Shown here one piece after another: positions 60,829-64,000 of a stretch of DNA of 64,000 nucleotides. The stretch is from NCBI GenBank assembly GCA_001179505.1, contig CDMY01000371.1, forward strand, positions 33,460 through 97,459. Reading direction: 5' to 3'. The stretch's first letter is position 1. The number at the start of each line of letters is the position of its first letter. The stretch is from Vitrella brassicaformis CCMP3155. Lineage: Eukaryota > Protista > Chromerida. The translations under genes were made by a program, and so were the position numbers. A model generated the notes under the pieces. It was not told the origin of the DNA and did not search any database. It worked only from the letters and a program-made list of their open reading frames with translations.

Positions 60829-63346
60829 TCACAGCTGGTTGTAGGGCTCCTCAAACCAATATATCAAAGCTGGCAGACAGACAGACAGACAACACGAAAC
60901 ACAACATGAGCGCGTTTGGTGGTGTGGTGTGGTGTGCGTGTGGTGTCCTAATTAGTGTACCAATGGCGACGTATGCGGTGAGGAGCATGGAGCCCTCCAG
61001 CCAATTCGAATGCCCGTCTTGCAACACACTGACACACGGACGGGATACCAACGCACGGAGAGGCATTAATTGTCACACGTGCGGCACACATGTCTGTCTG
61101 TCTGTCTCTCACCCCGTGACGACGAGCGTCGACAGCAGCAGCATCGTCACCTACACACACGACACAAGGGAACACAGTGGCCGCACCTGGGGGAGTGAGG
61201 TTCAGTTGTTTTGATGTATCAGCCTACCTGAAATGGGTGGAAGTTGAGTGTCATGGGCACGTTGAGGCACCACCCCATCAGCACCGCCAACGGAGTCACA
61301 AACAACGCCATCTGACACGATGAACCTGACAGACAAATGCGCCCACACACACACATATGAGGCCTTGTGGGTGTTTGTGGTGGCTGGTCGGGCACCCACC
61401 CACTCACTTACCGACAGCTACGCCGAGTGAGAGGTCCATTTTGTTCCGCATGGCCACAGATATGGCCGTGTAGTGCTCGGCAGCATTGCCTGACAACACA
61501 CACACATCCACATATATACGTCTGAGTCAGTGTCATCCAGCCAGTGGTGTGTGTACACCGACCGATGATGGGCAGCAGGATGATACCGATGAACTCGCGA
61601 CTCAAGTTACACTGATCCACCACACCTGCATGCTCACGCACAAAGCCATCAATCGCCGTCTCTCTCTCTCTGTGTGTGTGTGTGTGTGTGTTGTACCTAC
61701 CTTGTATAGAGTCGATGAGGAACTCTGAGCACACGGCTGTGATGACGGTGGCGACGGCCAGGAGCATCGTCGCCCCGGGGCAGGGCATCATCACCTCATC
61801 CTCCTCTTCCTCCCCCTCACCAGCGTCATCCGCCTCCTCTACCACATCGCCATTCTGCTGCTGGCCATTGGGGACCACCACACCATCCTGCTGCGGCCGC
61901 TGCTGCTGCTGCAGCTGTGGCGGTAGGATGGCTTTGTTGTTGTCTGCCGCCTGGTCGTCCTCCGCGAACATGAATGAGTGTGTGCTGAGCTGGAAATACA
62001 AATACTGGGCGTAGAGCGCTGCCAGAAGAATCGACACACCCCTGCACAGCAAACCATAGACGAACAGACGAACAGACAGACAGACAGAAAGGAAGGAGCC
62101 AAGAGAGAAGGAAGATGTATGTGAGGTGAGCCACCAGTGTGCGTGCCCTACCCTGCCCTGCCAGCCCAGCGGGTACATCCCACTAGCATGTGTGTGCCTA
62201 CCTACCTACCTTGATATAGCGAGTTCTGCGTCGACCTCCGACGAGAGAATGTAGGCGTACATGGTTGGGAGGACCAGACACAGACAGCTGAGCGTCAGCA
62301 GCGACGTGTTGGTCACTGCACCCAACGCACTGTACTCCTGCAACTGAATGAACCAATCACATCCACACACACACACACAAAACAAACAAACCACACGTGC
62401 GTCCATCAGTGCACTGAGAGGCAGACAGACCATCGCCAGCTCGGCTCGGTTAGACTAGCTAGCTGACTTTGAAGTAGTATCCGCCGGCGAAGAATGCGGT
62501 GCCCATGACGAGTAGGAGGTTGGAGAGGATGGACCCCACGAGGGTGCACTGGACGACCAGCACTTGGTTGTGGTACAGACCCCAGAAGCACAGCAGCGCC
62601 TCTATCACATTGCCAAACGACGCGTTGAGCAGCCCGCCAACTATCTGACCTGAACCAACCAACAGACCAATGGTTAAAGCAAGCAAAGCAAGCCATCAAG
62701 GAACAACAGCTTCCTTCCCTCCCTCCCTCTGGATGAGTGAGTCACTGCACTGACTGACTGACTGACTGACCCGTGTGGGCGGCCAGATCTTCTGTGGACT
62801 GACCAATCAGCCTGCACACACAGCAAGCCACACACACGCATTTTCCAATTCTCCCTCCATCCCACGTGCTGTGCTGTGCCGGGTGTTCTGACCGCTTCTC
62901 TTCCTCCCTCCCTCGCTCCCCAAGTGATTGAGATGCATACATACAGTAAGTACCTACCAAGCGAGTGGGATGATGGCGATGAAGTTGAATAGGAAAGTGA
63001 GTTCAGCGCCCCAGTCCTGGATGCCGCAGACGATGCCGATGGGCACAAACACCAGCAGACACGCCAGGATCAAGTTGCTCCTCAGCAGCTTCACGAAACC
63101 CTCCAAGTTGGCGCGGAACGACATGTCACAAAAGTGCGCCCTCTCGGCCTCCGCCCTCTCGTACGCCGTGGCGTGATGGTGGTCCTCGTGTGGTGCATGT
63201 GCCGCCCCTCCCCCAGCCCCTCCCATCTGGCGCATCTCAATGTCCCCTGCCGCATGTGCTCCATGCGATGGATGGTTGCCATCTTCGCGCTGCAGAGAGA
63301 TTGGGGGCGTCGGGTCCGACAGCAAGGCCCTGCTCTCGTCCGCCAT
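60829..63346 (-). CDS. CAX: Ca2+/H+ antiporter (CAX/VCX1 family)
   Basis: [11 protein letters not shown]|[14 protein letters not shown]|[17 protein letters not shown] (alpha-1 repeat), [12 protein letters not shown], an acidic loop, [10 protein letters not shown]|[18 protein letters not shown]|[11 protein letters not shown] (alpha-2 repeat) and [10 protein letters not shown]. Confidence 0.95.
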
Positions 63347-63360
63347 GGTCCGCAAGCACG

Positions 63361-63368
63361 GCGAGCTT
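63361..63368 (-). promoter_or_regulatory. Candidate motif AAGCTCGC
   Basis: 15 bp upstream of the CAX ATG (63346), in sense orientation. Confidence 0.45.
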
Positions 63369-64000
63369 TTTCAACGGTCAACGCTTCTGCACACGATTCG
63401 GAGATTTGATGCGGAGCCTCTTGGCCGCTGCCTTGCTCTCAGTATGGTGCTGGGCGCCCCTGCCTATCCGGGCCTACAAGGGTACGCACACAGACAAAAG
63501 TTCTGCCCTTCGAATAGCTCCTGTTGCGGCTGGTAGGTGCCCGCATTCCATCGGTGAAAAGGGTGCCACACAACGCGACGGAGGCAAGGGCCAGGCGGCC
63601 TATCGACCTCACACAACTGGCAGGGTGGGCGCTGCAGCACACACGAGGTAATTTTGTTTGCATCTGTCTGTCTTGTCTGGTGTGGTGCATCCATCTGGGG
63701 GGGAAACTGTCATTAACCGTAACACTCGTCTGTGTGTCCGTGATACTCATACAAATACAGTCCCATCAGCACGCAGAGTCAAACAGGCTCAAGGGGAGGA
63801 GGGATCAATCCCCGCCCCATCAGCACACCCCAGTCCCGCAAACCCTCCCCTCCCTCCCCCACGCAGACAGAAGCTAGTCGCACGCGCGAGGGCGATAGAC
63901 AAGCGAGAGCGAATCCATCCAGACACATGACTGAACCCCCGACCCTTCCACCCCTCCTTCTCCAACAGCGCATGAGCCATGTGGGCGATGAACACGTTGG

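Noticed and set aside
1-64000. Hundreds of 60-250 aa six-frame ORFs rich in CVCV, TDRQ, SVCL and HTHT
   Set aside because: They are translations of intronic microsatellites or antisense frames of GC-rich exons. The spliced models explain the coding signal.
1-64000. tRNA, rRNA, snRNA, reverse transcriptase or integrase genes
   Set aside because: None recognised by eye. tRNAscan-SE, Infernal and RepeatMasker runs would be needed to exclude them formally.

Overview
Eukaryotic nuclear DNA: GC-rich, very intron-dense, and rich in microsatellites such as (CAGA)n, (GT)n, (GAGT)n and (GGAT)n. There are two 300-N scaffold gaps. CPW-WPC genes, a plastid-targeted ribosomal protein with a bipartite leader and the intron style point to a chromerid alveolate such as Vitrella (inference). 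Most six-frame ORFs are artefacts, so genes were rebuilt by hand-splicing GT/GC-AG exons. About 18 genes were found: two inverted CPW-WPC paralogs flanking a NUP42/NUPL2-like nucleoporin; an RVxF-motif protein; a GH13+CBM48 glycosidase; a HeH/LEM-MSC (Src1/MAN1-like) inner nuclear membrane protein; a YOD1/OTU1-type UBL protein; PRP38; a FAM13-like protein; a large secreted orphan; plastid bL21; AP-1 mu; a single-pass receptor-like RING E3 ligase; TRAPPC9; an FHA-RING-PHD protein; a monoglyceride lipase-like hydrolase; a CAX antiporter; and hypothetical genes. Most interesting: (1) the receptor-like RING ligase with extracellular Cys-rich repeats; (2) an 8-mer, AAGCTCGC, seen only just upstream of start codons; (3) introns with (CA)-rich 5' halves and (TG)-rich 3' halves that could base-pair; (4) a 474-bp perfect inverted duplication; (5) a ~10-kb microsatellite-poor island. 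No rRNA, tRNA, CRISPR array or transposase/RT was recognised. Domain calls come from motif recognition by eye, not database searches, and exon boundaries are manual.
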